A DNA stretch of 35,185 nt, from positions 1-35,185 of the forward strand of contig JAGNOM010000001.1 in the NCBI GenBank assembly GCA_017990155.1. Reading direction: 5' to 3'. Each line of letters begins with the position of its first letter. Position 1 is the first letter of the stretch. A program made the translations under genes and the position numbers. The stretch is from Propionivibrio sp. (GTDB lineage: Bacteria > Pseudomonadota > Gammaproteobacteria > Burkholderiales > Rhodocyclaceae). The notes beneath the pieces were generated by a model, which saw only the letters and a list, made by a program, of their open reading frames with translations, had not been told where the DNA came from and ran no database searches. This document shows positions 1 through 9,515 of the stretch, one piece after another.

Positions 1-172
1 ATTTCGACACTCGCAAAATGCGAGAGTAGACGACATTTCTTCCGAGTTTACAATGGGTTGTTGTATCTCATTGATCGTTAACCACTTTTGCGGTGGGTTT
101 ACGACATCTGCGTAAGCGATTGCCGTGCGGTTCACCGGGCGATTGGCCGCGTTCGCTCGAAGAGACGCCGTT

Positions 173-303
173 ATCGCGCAGCGAGCTGCGCTCCTACAAA
201 ACCACTGATTACCCCCCGGCTTCTTGTCGGAGCCCAGTTCCACTGGGCGATTACCACGCCGGAACATCAATCGCCCATCGCGCAGAAGATCTGCGCTCCC
301 ACA
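173..303. repeat. Cluster of three GT(A/C/G)G-type REP palindromes, including an inverted REP doublet (REPIN-like)
   Basis: 173-198 reads tGTAGGAGCGCAGCTCGCTGCGCGAT on the - strand. 225-251 reads tGTCGGAGCCCAGTTCCACTGGGCGAT on +. 277-303 reads tGTGGGAGCGCAGATCTTCTGCGCGAT on -. Shared pattern: GTNG-GAGC(G/C)CAG-loop-CTG(C/G)GCGAT, each with an internal palindrome. Confidence 0.75.
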
Positions 304-348
304 AGGCATTCCTCTTCCGAGGGCGAATATTCGAAATATGAACATACC

Positions 349-1503
349 TCAGCGCGGCGCGCGTGACTTCAACACGGCGAGCCCGAGCAGCAAGCCCCAG
401 AATGCGCTGCCGACGCCGGCCAGCGTCAATCCGGATGCGGTGACGAGAAAGGTGATCAGTGCCGCCTCGCGTTCGTGCTCGTCATGCAGCGCGGCGGTCA
501 GGCTGTTGCCGATGGTGCCGAGCAGCGCGATGCCGGCGATCGCGGCCACCAGTTCCTTGGGCAAGGCGGTGAACACGCTGGCGACGGTGGCGCCGAGCAA
601 GCCGGTGACGAGATAGAAGGCGCCGGCCCACACCGCCGCGAGGTAGCGCCGTTCGGGGTTGCGGTCAGCCTCCGGGCTCATGCAGATCGCCGCCGTGATC
701 GCCGCCAGGTTGAACTGGAAGCCGCCGAAGGGGCCGAGCACGAGGCCGGTCAAACCGGTCCAGCCGATCAGCGGCGAAACCGGCGTCTGGTAGCCGTTGG
801 CGCGCAGGACGGCGATTCCGGGCACGTTCTGCGACGCCATGGTGACGATGAACAGCGGGATGCCGACGCCGACGATCGTCGATAGGGAAAACGTTGGCAT
901 GGTGAACACCGGCTGCGCGAGGCTCAGCGTCACCGCTTCGAAATGGATCAGCCCGTTGCCGCCGGCCCACGCCAACCCGCCAAGCAGCGTCAGCGGAATC
1001 GTGTAGCGCGAGTTGAAGCGGCGGCCAATCACGTAGATCACCAGCATCAGCCCAACCAGCCCGAGTTGCGATTGCAGCGAGACGAAGATGCCGAGACCAA
1101 AGCGCAGCAGCACGCCGCCGAGCATCGCCGCCGCCAGGGTTTTGGGGACGTGCTTCATCAGCGTTTCGACCCAGCCGGTGACGCCGCACAGCGTGATCAG
1201 CGCCGAGGCGAAGAGGAAGGCGCCGATCGCCTCGCTCATCGGCAGGCCGACGAGCGCCGTGCCGAGCAGCGCCGCGCCGGGCGTCGACCAGGCGGTGAGC
1301 ACCGGGCTCTTGAAATAGAGCGAGAGACCGATGCAGGTGGCACTCATGCCAAGGCCGAGCACGAGCAGCCATGAACTCAGGTGCGCGGCGTCGGCGCCAG
1401 CCGCGGTCGCCGCCTGGAAGACGATCGCCGCCGAACTCGTGTAACCAACGAGAACGGCGATGAAGCCGGCGGAAATGTGCGAAAGGCCGAAAAATGCGCG
1501 CAT
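349..1503 (-). CDS. BenE/YdcO-family benzoate:H+ symporter-like membrane transporter
   Basis: Very hydrophobic 384 aa from the ATG at 1503. Family motifs AGFIAVLVGYTSS, AWSTPGAALL, PLFIVTMASQNVPG, NLAAITAAIC and AALITFLVTASG...SAFWGL. Confidence 0.9.
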   Translation of the reverse strand: MRAFFGLSHISAGFIAVLVGYTSSAAIVFQAATAAGADAAHLSSWLLVLGLGMSATCIGLSLYFKSPVLTAWSTPGAALLGTALVGLPMSEAIGAFLFASALITLCGVTGWVETLMKHVPKTLAAAMLGGVLLRFGLGIFVSLQSQLGLVGLMLVIYVIGRRFNSRYTIPLTLLGGLAWAGGNGLIHFEAVTLSLAQPVFTMPTFSLSTIVGVGIPLFIVTMASQNVPGIAVLRANGYQTPVSPLIGWTGLTGLVLGPFGGFQFNLAAITAAICMSPEADRNPERRYLAAVWAGAFYLVTGLLGATVASVFTALPKELVAAIAGIALLGTIGNSLTAALHDEHEREAALITFLVTASGLTLAGVGSAFWGLLLGLAVLKSRAPR

Positions 1504-1533
1504 GGGTGCTCCGGTGTGATGTAATTCGACGGT

Positions 1534-1583
1534 GTGCGCTAAAACGCACGAGAGCATCGTAGCATTCGTGCGTTAAAACGCAC
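1534..1583. promoter_or_regulatory. Two palindromic operators GTGCG-N6-CGCAC in the divergent benE-like/XRE intergenic region
   Basis: GTGCGCTAAAACGCAC (1534-1549) and GTGCGTTAAAACGCAC (1568-1583) are 15/16 identical and start 34 bp apart. Confidence 0.8.
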
Positions 1584-1619
1584 AAGCGCGATTGTGCTCG
1601 ACCTTATCGAGAACGAAAC

Positions 1620-2234
1620 ATGTCAGACAGCAATCACGAACCGAATCGCCAGATCGCCAACGCCCTGCGTGTGCTGCGTAGCGAACGCGGCTGGAGCCTC
1701 GACCGGACGGCGCAGGAGACCGGCGTCAGCAAGGCGATGCTCGGTCAGATCGAACGTTGCGAATCGAGCCCGACGATCGCCACGCTGTGGAAAATCGCCA
1801 GCGGCTTCCAGACCTCACTCTCCAGCCTGATCGAGCCGAATCCACCGACGACGACGGAGGGTGTCGTGCGGCGCAACGTCGAAGCGCTGCGCAAACAGCC
1901 GGCTCCGGACGGGATGCTCGTCGCCCTGCTCTTCCCCTACGCGCCGCAGTTCGGTTTCGAACTGTTCGAACTGACCCTGCTGCCAGGCTACGAACGGTTG
2001 TCGGAAGCGCACGAGCCGGGCGTCACCGAGCACGTCATCGTCCTGCGCGGGTCGATGGAAATCCTCGTCGAAGGCGAATGGATAGCACTCGGCGAGGGCG
2101 AAGCCGTGCGCTTCGCCGCCGACCGGCCACACGGCTACCGCAACCGGAATGAAACCCCGGCTGTTTTTCACAATCTGATCCACTATGCGCAAACAGCGGG
2201 GAGCGGCGTCCTCGGCGATCAGCCCCGGATTTGA
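1620..2234 (+). CDS. XRE-family HTH transcriptional regulator with C-terminal cupin domain (SutR/YdcN-like)
   Basis: N-terminal HTH_3 pattern WSLDRTAQETGVSKAMLGQIERCESSPTIATLWKIA and cupin SEAHEPGVTEHVIV...FAADRPHGYRN. Divergent from the BenE-family gene, as in ydcN-ydcO. Confidence 0.9.
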   Translation: MSDSNHEPNRQIANALRVLRSERGWSLDRTAQETGVSKAMLGQIERCESSPTIATLWKIASGFQTSLSSLIEPNPPTTTEGVVRRNVEALRKQPAPDGMLVALLFPYAPQFGFELFELTLLPGYERLSEAHEPGVTEHVIVLRGSMEILVEGEWIALGEGEAVRFAADRPHGYRNRNETPAVFHNLIHYAQTAGSGVLGDQPRI

Positions 2235-2323
2235 TTCGCATCAGAAGCGGCAAGTCCTGGCGTTGCTAGAATGAGGTGCGCCGCACGCGGCGTTTTTACC
2301 AACCAGCCGAATGGGAATTCAAC

Positions 2324-3379
2324 GTGATCGATCCGGGCCGGGAAGTTTCGCCACTAGCCGACGCCCTCGCGCGTCCGCTGCGCGACCTGCGCATCTCGGT
2401 CACCGACCGCTGCAACCTGCGCTGCACGTACTGCATGCCGCGCGAGGTGTTCGGCAAGGACTTCGTGTTCCTGCCGCGCGCCGAGTTGTTGAGCTTCGAG
2501 GAGATCGAGCGCGTCGCACGGCTGTTCGTGCAACTCGGCGTGCACAAAATCCGTCTCTCCGGCGGCGAACCGCTGATGCGGCATGGCGTCGAGAAGCTGA
2601 TCGAAAAACTGGCGCGCCTCACTTGCGCCGACGGCCAGCCGGTCGAGATCGCCATGACGACGAACGGCGTGCTGCTCGCCAGGAAGGCGCAGACCTTGAA
2701 GGACGCGGGCCTGACCCGCCTTACGGTTAGCCTCGACGGCTTGAGTGAGGCCACTTTCCGCCGCATGAGCGATTCGAGTGCGCCGGTGCAGTCCGTGCTC
2801 GACGGCATCGCCGCGGCGCAGGCGGTGGGGCTGACGCCGCTCAAGGTCAATACGGTCGTCAAGCGCGGTGTCAACGAACACGAGATCGTGCCGCTCGTCG
2901 AACACTTTCGCGGTTCGGGCGTCATCGTGCGCTTCATCGAGTTCATGGACGTCGGCACGACCAACGGCTGGCGCATGGACGACGTCGTCACCGCGCAGGA
3001 GATGTTGCAGCAGATTGATGGCCGCCATCCGTTGCGCCCGGTCGATCCGAATTACACCGGCGAGGTCGCCAAACGCTGGGCGCTGGCCGACGGCAGCGGC
3101 GAAATCGGCGTTATTGCCTCGGTGACGCAGGCCTTCTGCGCCGATTGCAGCCGCATCCGCCTGTCGACCGACGGCAAACTCTACACCTGCCTGTTCGCCA
3201 GCGACGGCACCGATCTGCGCACGCCGCTGCGCGCCGGGGCCGACGACGCGGCGCTCGATCGCTTGATCGCTGCGACCTGGCAGCAGCGCAGCGACCGTTA
3301 CTCGCAGATTCGCCACGCGGCGACGAAGCTGAATACACACCCGTTACGAAAAATCGAAATGTCGTACATCGGAGGATGA
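2324..3379 (+). CDS. moaA: GTP 3',8-cyclase (radical SAM), Moco biosynthesis
   Basis: [16 protein letters not shown] radical-SAM motif, [19 protein letters not shown] and C-terminal MSYIGG. The ORF is open from 2276, but an extended -10 (TGcTAGAAT, 2264-2272) favours the GTG at 2324. Confidence 0.95.
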   Translation: MIDPGREVSPLADALARPLRDLRISVTDRCNLRCTYCMPREVFGKDFVFLPRAELLSFEEIERVARLFVQLGVHKIRLSGGEPLMRHGVEKLIEKLARLTCADGQPVEIAMTTNGVLLARKAQTLKDAGLTRLTVSLDGLSEATFRRMSDSSAPVQSVLDGIAAAQAVGLTPLKVNTVVKRGVNEHEIVPLVEHFRGSGVIVRFIEFMDVGTTNGWRMDDVVTAQEMLQQIDGRHPLRPVDPNYTGEVAKRWALADGSGEIGVIASVTQAFCADCSRIRLSTDGKLYTCLFASDGTDLRTPLRAGADDAALDRLIAATWQQRSDRYSQIRHAATKLNTHPLRKIEMSYIGG

Positions 3380-3385
3380 ACCCCG

Positions 3386-3916
3386 TTGAATGAAACGAAC
3401 GAAACGAATGACCTGACCCACTTCTCAGACGCCGGCCGTGCGCGCATGGTCGACGTGTCGGCCAAGGCCGAGACGCAGCGCGTGGCGATCGCCAGCGGCG
3501 TCCTGCGCCTGCAATTGGTGACGCTCGAACGCATCCGCGCCGGCCAGATCGCCAAGGGCGACGTGCTGACGGTGGCCGACGTCGCGGCGGTGATGGCCGC
3601 CAAGCGCACGCCGGACCTCATCCCGATGTGCCACTCGCTGGCGCTGACCGGCGTCGACGTCGACTTCAGCGAAATTCTCGAACCCGACGCCGAGGGCTGC
3701 GTCGGCATCAAGGTGACGACGACCGCGCGCTGCGTCGGCCAGACCGGCGTCGAGATGGAAGCGCTGACCGCGGCCAGCGCGGCGCTCTTGACCATCTACG
3801 ACATGTGCAAGGCGATCGATCGCGGCATGCGTATCGAATCTGTCCAACTCGAGGAGAAGCGCGGCGGCAAGAGCGGCGTCTGGCGGCGCGAACACACAAA
3901 CGAGGAAGGCAAATGA
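3386..3916 (+). CDS. moaC: Cyclic pyranopterin monophosphate synthase
   Basis: LTHF...[34 protein letters not shown] and [10 protein letters not shown] motifs. TTG start follows GGAGG. Confidence 0.95.
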   Translation: MNETNETNDLTHFSDAGRARMVDVSAKAETQRVAIASGVLRLQLVTLERIRAGQIAKGDVLTVADVAAVMAAKRTPDLIPMCHSLALTGVDVDFSEILEPDAEGCVGIKVTTTARCVGQTGVEMEALTAASAALLTIYDMCKAIDRGMRIESVQLEEKRGGKSGVWRREHTNEEGK

Positions 3917-4152
3917 TCACGGTTTTGTTCTTCGGCGCCGTCGCCGAACGCGTCGACCAGCGTCAGCTCACAGTCGATCATCAACCGGGGATGCGCCTGC
4001 AGGATCTGCATGACGCCTTGCAGGCGCAGCACCCCGAGGCATTCGCGCTGGTCTCCCTGGCCGCCATCGACGGCGAACACGTGCGCGACTGGTCGACGCC
4101 GCTCGATGACCGCAGCGAGGTCGTCTTCATGTCGAAATTCTCGGGGGGCTGA
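3913..4152 (+). CDS. moaD: Molybdopterin synthase sulfur-carrier subunit (MoaD/ThiS family)
   Basis: 79 aa beginning MITVLFFG and ending in the C-terminal diglycine (FSGG). ATGA overlap with the moaC stop. Confidence 0.9.
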   Translation: MITVLFFGAVAERVDQRQLTVDHQPGMRLQDLHDALQAQHPEAFALVSLAAIDGEHVRDWSTPLDDRSEVVFMSKFSGG

Positions 4153-4156
4153 GCGC

Positions 4157-4591
4157 ATGTCAGGAACCGTGGATGCCGTGCGCATCCAGCTCGACGACTT
4201 CTCGCAGGACGCGGAGATTCGCGCGCTGAAGGCGAGTTCGCAGCGCATGGGCGGCATCGCCTCCTTCCTCGGTTGCGCACGCGATTTCTCCGAAGGCCGC
4301 GAAGTCAGCGAGATCAGCTTCGACGCCTACGACCGCATGGCGCTGCCCGAGATGCAGAAGCTGCGCGACGAGGCGATCGCCCGCTTCGGCCTGATCGACG
4401 CGCGCATCGTGCATCGGCTCGGCGTCGTGCATGGGGGTGACAACATCGTCTTCATCGCCACCGGTGCCGAACACCGCGCGCCGGCGCTCGAAGCCTGCCG
4501 CTGGATCATCGACGAACTGAAGGAGCGCGTGCCGATCTGGAAGAAAGAAACGACGCCGCAGGGCGACTCCTGGGTGACGCCACATCCATAA
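4157..4591 (+). CDS. moaE: Molybdopterin synthase catalytic subunit
   Basis: GGIASFLGCAR, IVHRLG, HRAPALEAC.WIIDELKERVPIWKKE motifs. Confidence 0.95.
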   Translation: MSGTVDAVRIQLDDFSQDAEIRALKASSQRMGGIASFLGCARDFSEGREVSEISFDAYDRMALPEMQKLRDEAIARFGLIDARIVHRLGVVHGGDNIVFIATGAEHRAPALEACRWIIDELKERVPIWKKETTPQGDSWVTPHP

Positions 4592-4596
4592 CTTCC

Positions 4597-5115
4597 ATGA
4601 CATCCCTGAACAAAATGACACCCACCGTCTTTATCTTCGTCGGCCACTCCGGCTCGGGCAAGACGACGCTCGTCGAGAAGCTGCTCCCAGAACTGACGTC
4701 GCGCCGCCTCAACGTGGCGACGATCAAGCACGCGCACCACAAGGTGCAACTCGACAAGGAAGGCAAGGACAGTTGGCGCTACAAGAACGCCGGCGCGTCG
4801 ATGAGCATGCTGGTGACGACCGACGCGCTGCAGCTCGTCGCCGACGCCGTCGACCGGCGCGAGCCGCACCAGTTGGCCGAACGCTTTCTCGGCGAGGCCG
4901 ACCTGGTGCTCGCCGAAGGCTTCTCGCTGGCGCCCGGTGACAAGATCGAAATCCTGCGCCGCGAATGCGGCAAGCCGCCGCGTTGCACGGTCGCCGACGG
5001 CCTGATCGCCCTCGTCACCGACATGGACGAGGTCTACCCCGAGCTGCCGCACTTTGCGCTCGACGACGTCGCCGGACTGGCGGATTTCCTGTTGGCGCGA
5101 AAAGGCGAGTTGTGA
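4597..5115 (+). CDS. mobB: Molybdopterin-guanine dinucleotide biosynthesis protein B
   Basis: P-loop GHSGSGKTT, VATIKHAHH, D.EGKDSWR and DLVLAEGF. The start may be 4615. Confidence 0.92.
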   Translation: MTSLNKMTPTVFIFVGHSGSGKTTLVEKLLPELTSRRLNVATIKHAHHKVQLDKEGKDSWRYKNAGASMSMLVTTDALQLVADAVDRREPHQLAERFLGEADLVLAEGFSLAPGDKIEILRRECGKPPRCTVADGLIALVTDMDEVYPELPHFALDDVAGLADFLLARKGEL

Positions 5116-5711
5116 TCGACGACTGCCTCGCCGTCATCATGGCCGGCGGCGATTCGCGGCGCATGGGGAGCGACAAGGCGAGCCTCGTGCTCGGCGAGCA
5201 GACGCTGCTGCAACACGTGGCCGAAATCATGCAGGTGGTTTTCCCACAGGTGGTCGTCAGCGTGCGTACGCCGCGCGCCGATGTCGCGCTACCGCAGTTG
5301 TGCGATACCTACGCCGACGCGGGTCCGCTGGCCGGTCTGTGCGCCGGTCTGGAACACGCCGCGCAAAATGGGCAACCGTGGATCTTCGCCGTCGCCACCG
5401 ATATGCCTTTCCTGCGCCCGGCGCTGATCGAGCAGCTGGCGACTTACCGCGCCGGCTTCGATGCGGTGGTGCCGCTGGTCGACGGCCATCCGCAGCCGCT
5501 CGCGGCGTTCTACTCGATCGATGCCTTGCCGGCAGTACGCGCGTTGGCCACCGGCGAAGGCAAGCGCAGTCTGCGCGCGGCGCTGGAACGATTGCAGGTC
5601 GCCTATGTCCATGCAGCGGACTTGATTACGGCCGACCCCGGCCTCGACAGCTTTGTCGATCTCGATACGCCAGAGGATCTGGCCAAAGCGATAAATCAAA
5701 AGGAAGGTTAA
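5112..5711 (+). CDS. mobA: Molybdenum cofactor guanylyltransferase
   Basis: IMAGGDSRRMGSDKA, GPLAGL, ATDMPF, QPLAAFY and DLDTPEDL. GTG start overlaps the mobB stop (GTGA). Confidence 0.92.
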   Translation: MIDDCLAVIMAGGDSRRMGSDKASLVLGEQTLLQHVAEIMQVVFPQVVVSVRTPRADVALPQLCDTYADAGPLAGLCAGLEHAAQNGQPWIFAVATDMPFLRPALIEQLATYRAGFDAVVPLVDGHPQPLAAFYSIDALPAVRALATGEGKRSLRAALERLQVAYVHAADLITADPGLDSFVDLDTPEDLAKAINQKEG

Positions 5712-5714
5712 TCC

Positions 5715-6992
5715 GTGAATAGCAAGAACCAGGAACGCGGCCACCTCTCGGTTGCCGACGCGCAAGCCGAAGTGCTGCGCCATGCCGACCGCCGCACCGT
5801 CGAAACGGTGACGCTCGAACGCGCACTCGGCCGCGTGCTCGTCGAAGACATCCGATCGAATCGCGACCAACCGCCCTACGACGTCTCGGCGATGGACGGT
5901 TTTGCCGTGCGTGCGGCCGACTTGTCGAGCGCCCCCACCGCCCTGACCGTCATCGAAGACATCCAGGCCGGCGACATGCCGAAGCAGACGATCGGCGCCG
6001 GACAGTGCGCGCGCATCATGACTGGTGCGCCGGTGCCAAAGGGGGCTGACGCCGTGATCCGCGTCGAGGACACGCAGCCCTTGGCCGACGGCCGCATCGA
6101 ATTCCAGAAGTCGGTGAAGACCGGCAACGACATCCGCAAGCTCGGCGAGAGCCTGCGCAACGGACAGACCGTGCTGACCGCCGGCACCGAGGTGACGCCC
6201 GGCGTGATCGGTGTGCTGGCGACAGTGAAGGCCGCGCAGCTCGCCGTCTTCGGGCGCCCGTCCGTCGCTATCCTGGCGACCGGCAACGAGCTCGAAGCGC
6301 TCGACGAACCGCTCGATCCGTACAAGATTCCCAACTCGAACAGCTACGCGCTGATGGGGCAGGTGCAGGCGCTTGGCATCGAGCCGACGCTGCTCGGCAT
6401 CGCGCGCGATGACCCCGAGGAGCTGGCGAACTACCTCAAGCGCGGACTCGACCACGAGCACTTCGACGTGCTGCTCGTCTCCGGCGGCTCGTCGGTCGGC
6501 GTGCATGACCACGTGCGGCCGACGCTCGAAGCGCTTGGCGTGACAATGCGTTTCTGGCGCGTCGAGATGCGTCCCGGTCACCCGATCGCCTTCGGCACGA
6601 CGGTCGACGGCGGGCTGGTCTTCGGGCTGCCCGGCAACCCGGTGTCGAGCATGGTCTGCTTCGAGCAGTTCGTGCTGCCGGCTCTGCGCCAGATGATGGG
6701 CCACCGTCGCCTGTTCCGGCGCACGGTCGAAGCGCGGCTCGCACATCCGGTGAAGATCCGTCCCGGGCGCACCGAGTTCGTCCGCGTCGTCCTCGAACGC
6801 GACGCGCAGGGCTATGTCGCGCGTTCGACCGGGACGCAGAGTAGCGGCGTCCTGCTCTCGATGGCGGTGGCCGACGGCCTGCTCGTCGTGCCGGGAACAT
6901 CCGAGGGCTTCGCCGAAGGCGACGTCGCGACAGTGCAGTTGCTCGACGGCACGACTTTCCAGAACGAAGCGGGTTTCGAGGGGCGGCTATGA
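5715..6992 (+). CDS. moeA: Molybdopterin molybdotransferase (gephyrin-like)
   Basis: SAMDGFAVR, RIMTGAPVPKGADAVIRVED, ATGNEL, SGGSSVG and FGLPGNPVS motifs. Confidence 0.95.
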   Translation: MNSKNQERGHLSVADAQAEVLRHADRRTVETVTLERALGRVLVEDIRSNRDQPPYDVSAMDGFAVRAADLSSAPTALTVIEDIQAGDMPKQTIGAGQCARIMTGAPVPKGADAVIRVEDTQPLADGRIEFQKSVKTGNDIRKLGESLRNGQTVLTAGTEVTPGVIGVLATVKAAQLAVFGRPSVAILATGNELEALDEPLDPYKIPNSNSYALMGQVQALGIEPTLLGIARDDPEELANYLKRGLDHEHFDVLLVSGGSSVGVHDHVRPTLEALGVTMRFWRVEMRPGHPIAFGTTVDGGLVFGLPGNPVSSMVCFEQFVLPALRQMMGHRRLFRRTVEARLAHPVKIRPGRTEFVRVVLERDAQGYVARSTGTQSSGVLLSMAVADGLLVVPGTSEGFAEGDVATVQLLDGTTFQNEAGFEGRL

Positions 6993-7540
6993 GTACAACC
7001 ATCGCACGTATCGGCATTCTCACGGTCTCCGACCGCGCGAGTCAGGGCGTTTACGAGGACAAGGGTGGGCCGGCGATCCGCGAGTGGTTCACGCAGGCAC
7101 TCTTGAGTCCGTGGGAAGCCGTCGCCAGAGTCATTCCCGACGAACAGCCGGGCATCGAGGACGCGCTGATCGAACTCGCCGACGTTGAAGGCTGCAGCCT
7201 GATCGTAACCACCGGCGGCACCGGCCCGGCGCTACGCGACGTGACGCCGGAGGCGACCGAAGCCGTGTGCACCAAGATGCTGCCCGGCTTCGGCGAACTG
7301 ATGCGCACGGCATCCTTGAAGTTCGTCCCGACCGCGATCCTCTCGCGGCAGACGGCCGGCATCCGCCAGCGCTGCCTGATCGTGAACCTGCCGGGCAAGC
7401 CCTCGGCGATCGACGATTGCCTGAAAGCCGTCTTCCCCGCCATCCCCTACTGCATCGACCTGATCGAAGGTGCGTGGCTCGAAGCCAACCCCGACTTCTG
7501 CGCCGCCTTCCGCCCGGCGCACGCGAAGAAACCGGGCTGA
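6989..7540 (+). CDS. mog: Molybdopterin adenylyltransferase
   Basis: [47 protein letters not shown] and NLPGKP motifs. Confidence 0.95.
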   Translation: MSTTIARIGILTVSDRASQGVYEDKGGPAIREWFTQALLSPWEAVARVIPDEQPGIEDALIELADVEGCSLIVTTGGTGPALRDVTPEATEAVCTKMLPGFGELMRTASLKFVPTAILSRQTAGIRQRCLIVNLPGKPSAIDDCLKAVFPAIPYCIDLIEGAWLEANPDFCAAFRPAHAKKPG

Positions 7541-7601
7541 CGGTGTCTGCCGGGATGGGCTGGTAAAATGCGCCTCCCTCCCGCCCTTCAGGACATCCGC
7601 C

Positions 7602-8861
7602 ATGCCCAACCCAATCGGCCCACGTAGCAACCCCATCAACGCTATCGGCACCCCGCTCAGCCCTTCCGCCACCCGCGTCCTGCTGCTCGGCGCCGGCGAA
7701 CTCGGCAAGGAGGTGATCATCGCCCTGCAACGGCTCGGCGTTGAGACGATCGCCGTCGATCGCTATCCGGATGCGCCCGGCATGCAGGTCGCGCATCGTT
7801 CGCACGTTTTGGCGATGACCGACGGCGCTGCCTTGCGCGCCCTTGTCGAGCAGGAAAAGCCGCAGCTGATCGTGCCCGAGATCGAGGCGATTGCCACGGA
7901 CATGTTGCTTGAGATCGAGCGCGACGGCCTCGCCGAAGTCATCCCGACCGCGCGCGCGACCAATCTGACGATGAACCGCGAAGGCATTCGCCGGCTGGTC
8001 GCCGAAGAGCTGGGCTTGCCGACGTCACCCTACGCCTTCTGCGATTCGCTTTCCGGCTTGCAGGCCGCCATCGACGGCGGAGTTGGCCACCCAATTGGCT
8101 ACCCCTGCCTCGTCAAACCGACCATGTCATCCTCCGGCAAGGGCCAGTCCCTGCTGCGCGGCCCGGACGACGTCGCCAAGGCGTGGGACTACGCGATGCA
8201 GGGCGGACGCGTCAGCCAGAGCCGGATCATCGTCGAGGGCTTCATCGACTTCGAATACGAGATCACGCTGCTCACCGTACGCGCCGTTGGTACCAGCGGC
8301 GAAGTCGAAACGCACTTCTGCGAGCCGGTCGGCCACGTGCAGGTCAGCGGCGACTACGTCGAGTCCTGGCAACCGCAGGCCATGAGTCCTCTCGCCCTCG
8401 AGAAATCGCGCGCCATTGCCAAAGCCGTCACCGAAAGCCTCGGCGGACGCGGCCTGTTCGGCGTTGAACTGTTCGTGCGCGGCGATCAGGTGTGGTTCTC
8501 CGAAATCAGCCCACGTCCGCACGACACAGGCCTCGTCACCCTCGCCTCGCAACGCTTCTCCGAATTCGAGTTGCACGCCCGCGCCATCCTCGGCCTGCCC
8601 GTCGACGTCTCTCTGCGCACACCGGGCGCGTCAGCCGTCATCTACGGCGGCACGGATGCCAAAGGCATCGCTTTCGAAGGCGTCGCCGACGCGCTCGGCG
8701 TCCCGGGCGCCGACCTGCGCCTGTTCGGCAAGCCGGAGAGCTTCACGAGGCGCCGCATGGGCGTCGCCGTCGCCACCGGCGCCAACACCGACGAAGCGCG
8801 CAGCCGCGCCAAGCTCGCCGCCAGCAAGGTCAAGCCGGTGGCTGGTCAAGGCAAGGCCTGA
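7602..8861 (+). CDS. purT: Formate-dependent phosphoribosylglycinamide formyltransferase
   Basis: [55 protein letters not shown] and LFGKP...RRMGVA. Extended -10 TGgTAAAAT at 7561-7569. Confidence 0.95.
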   Translation: MPNPIGPRSNPINAIGTPLSPSATRVLLLGAGELGKEVIIALQRLGVETIAVDRYPDAPGMQVAHRSHVLAMTDGAALRALVEQEKPQLIVPEIEAIATDMLLEIERDGLAEVIPTARATNLTMNREGIRRLVAEELGLPTSPYAFCDSLSGLQAAIDGGVGHPIGYPCLVKPTMSSSGKGQSLLRGPDDVAKAWDYAMQGGRVSQSRIIVEGFIDFEYEITLLTVRAVGTSGEVETHFCEPVGHVQVSGDYVESWQPQAMSPLALEKSRAIAKAVTESLGGRGLFGVELFVRGDQVWFSEISPRPHDTGLVTLASQRFSEFELHARAILGLPVDVSLRTPGASAVIYGGTDAKGIAFEGVADALGVPGADLRLFGKPESFTRRRMGVAVATGANTDEARSRAKLAASKVKPVAGQGKA

Positions 8862-8871
8862 AGCAAAATGA

Positions 8872-8900
8872 TTGAAGCGCAGCGCTCAAACGCATAGAAT
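8872..8900 (+). promoter_or_regulatory. Sigma70 promoter of the tRNA gene
   Basis: TTGAAG-N17-TAGAAT followed by a GC-rich discriminator (GGGCGCC), 10 nt upstream of the tRNA. Confidence 0.75.
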
Positions 8901-8910
8901 GGGCGCCTTC

Positions 8911-8984
8911 GCGGGCGTCGTATAATGGTAATACCCAAGCTTCCCAAGCTTGTGCCGTGGGTTCGATTCCCATCGCCCGCTCCA
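8911..8984 (+). tRNA. tRNA-Gly (anticodon CCC)
   Basis: 74 nt cloverleaf: acceptor GCGGGCG/CGCCCGC, anticodon arm CAAGC-TTCCCAA-GCTTG, GGTTCGATTCC T-arm and an encoded 3' CCA. Confidence 0.97.
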
Positions 8985-8992
8985 GAAAAAGC

Positions 8993-9023
8993 AAAAAAGC
9001 CAACCCAAGCGGTTGGCTTTTTT
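8993..9023 (+). terminator. Intrinsic terminator after tRNA-Gly (potentially bidirectional)
   Basis: AAAAAAGCCAACC-CAAGC-GGTTGGCTTTTTT. Confidence 0.85.
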
Positions 9024-9068
9024 CATGGTTGGCTGCTTCGTGCGCCACTGCAGGGAAGGATTCGATAC

Positions 9069-9461
9069 ATGACTGATTTTCTCGACTACCAGGTGGCAAC
9101 GGTCGGCGTCGCCGGTTTTCCGGTTCCCGTGACCGGGCTGACATCGGGTGAGGCTAACGGCGGCCTGTACTCCGTCTTCATCGCGCCCAGCATCGCCCTG
9201 CATGTCGCGGCGGACGAGGTGAATCAATCCGGCTTTACGGCGCGGCAATTTCTCGAGCGGTGCAATGATCACGCGGCGTCGCGGGTCGTGAAATCGGACC
9301 CGGTTTTGGCCGGTTCGATGACCGTATTCGACCTGATCGCTGCCCTGCACTTCTGTCTGGCGACCAAGCGCGAGACGGACGAGGATGTCCGGCGGTCAAT
9401 CCAGGCATTGTTGAATGCGAGGAAAGATCTGATCGAGCTGATGCGGGGAAAAATGCACTGA
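9069..9461 (+). CDS. Hypothetical protein (130 aa)
   Basis: ATG at 9069 preceded by GGAAGG. Fills the gap between the tRNA terminator and the convergent regulator gene, with normal protein composition. No family recognised. Confidence 0.6.
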   Translation: MTDFLDYQVATVGVAGFPVPVTGLTSGEANGGLYSVFIAPSIALHVAADEVNQSGFTARQFLERCNDHAASRVVKSDPVLAGSMTVFDLIAALHFCLATKRETDEDVRRSIQALLNARKDLIELMRGKMH

Positions 9462-9515
9462 CGATCGTCGGTCGCTTACCGATTCGTTAATCGCCTCCGG
9501 ACTTGCGCGGAGGCG

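Noticed and set aside
1-36. Possible - strand gene start at 36 (MSSTLAFCECRN...) running off the left edge
   Set aside because: Only 12 codons are visible, which is not enough to support a call.
88-366. Short ORFs 88-366 and 93-341
   Set aside because: They run through REP palindromes and have no protein-like features.
2235-2323. Moco/Wco riboswitch upstream of moaA
   Set aside because: The leader after the extended -10 at 2264-2272 is only about 45 nt, too short, and shows no multi-stem structure.
8925-9068. N-terminal extension of ORF 8925-9461
   Set aside because: It overlaps the tRNA and its terminator. The ATG at 9069 has an RBS.
8911-9515. Integrated element at tRNA-Gly
   Set aside because: No integrase and no duplicated tRNA 3' end seen in the window. 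The tRNA has its own terminator immediately downstream.
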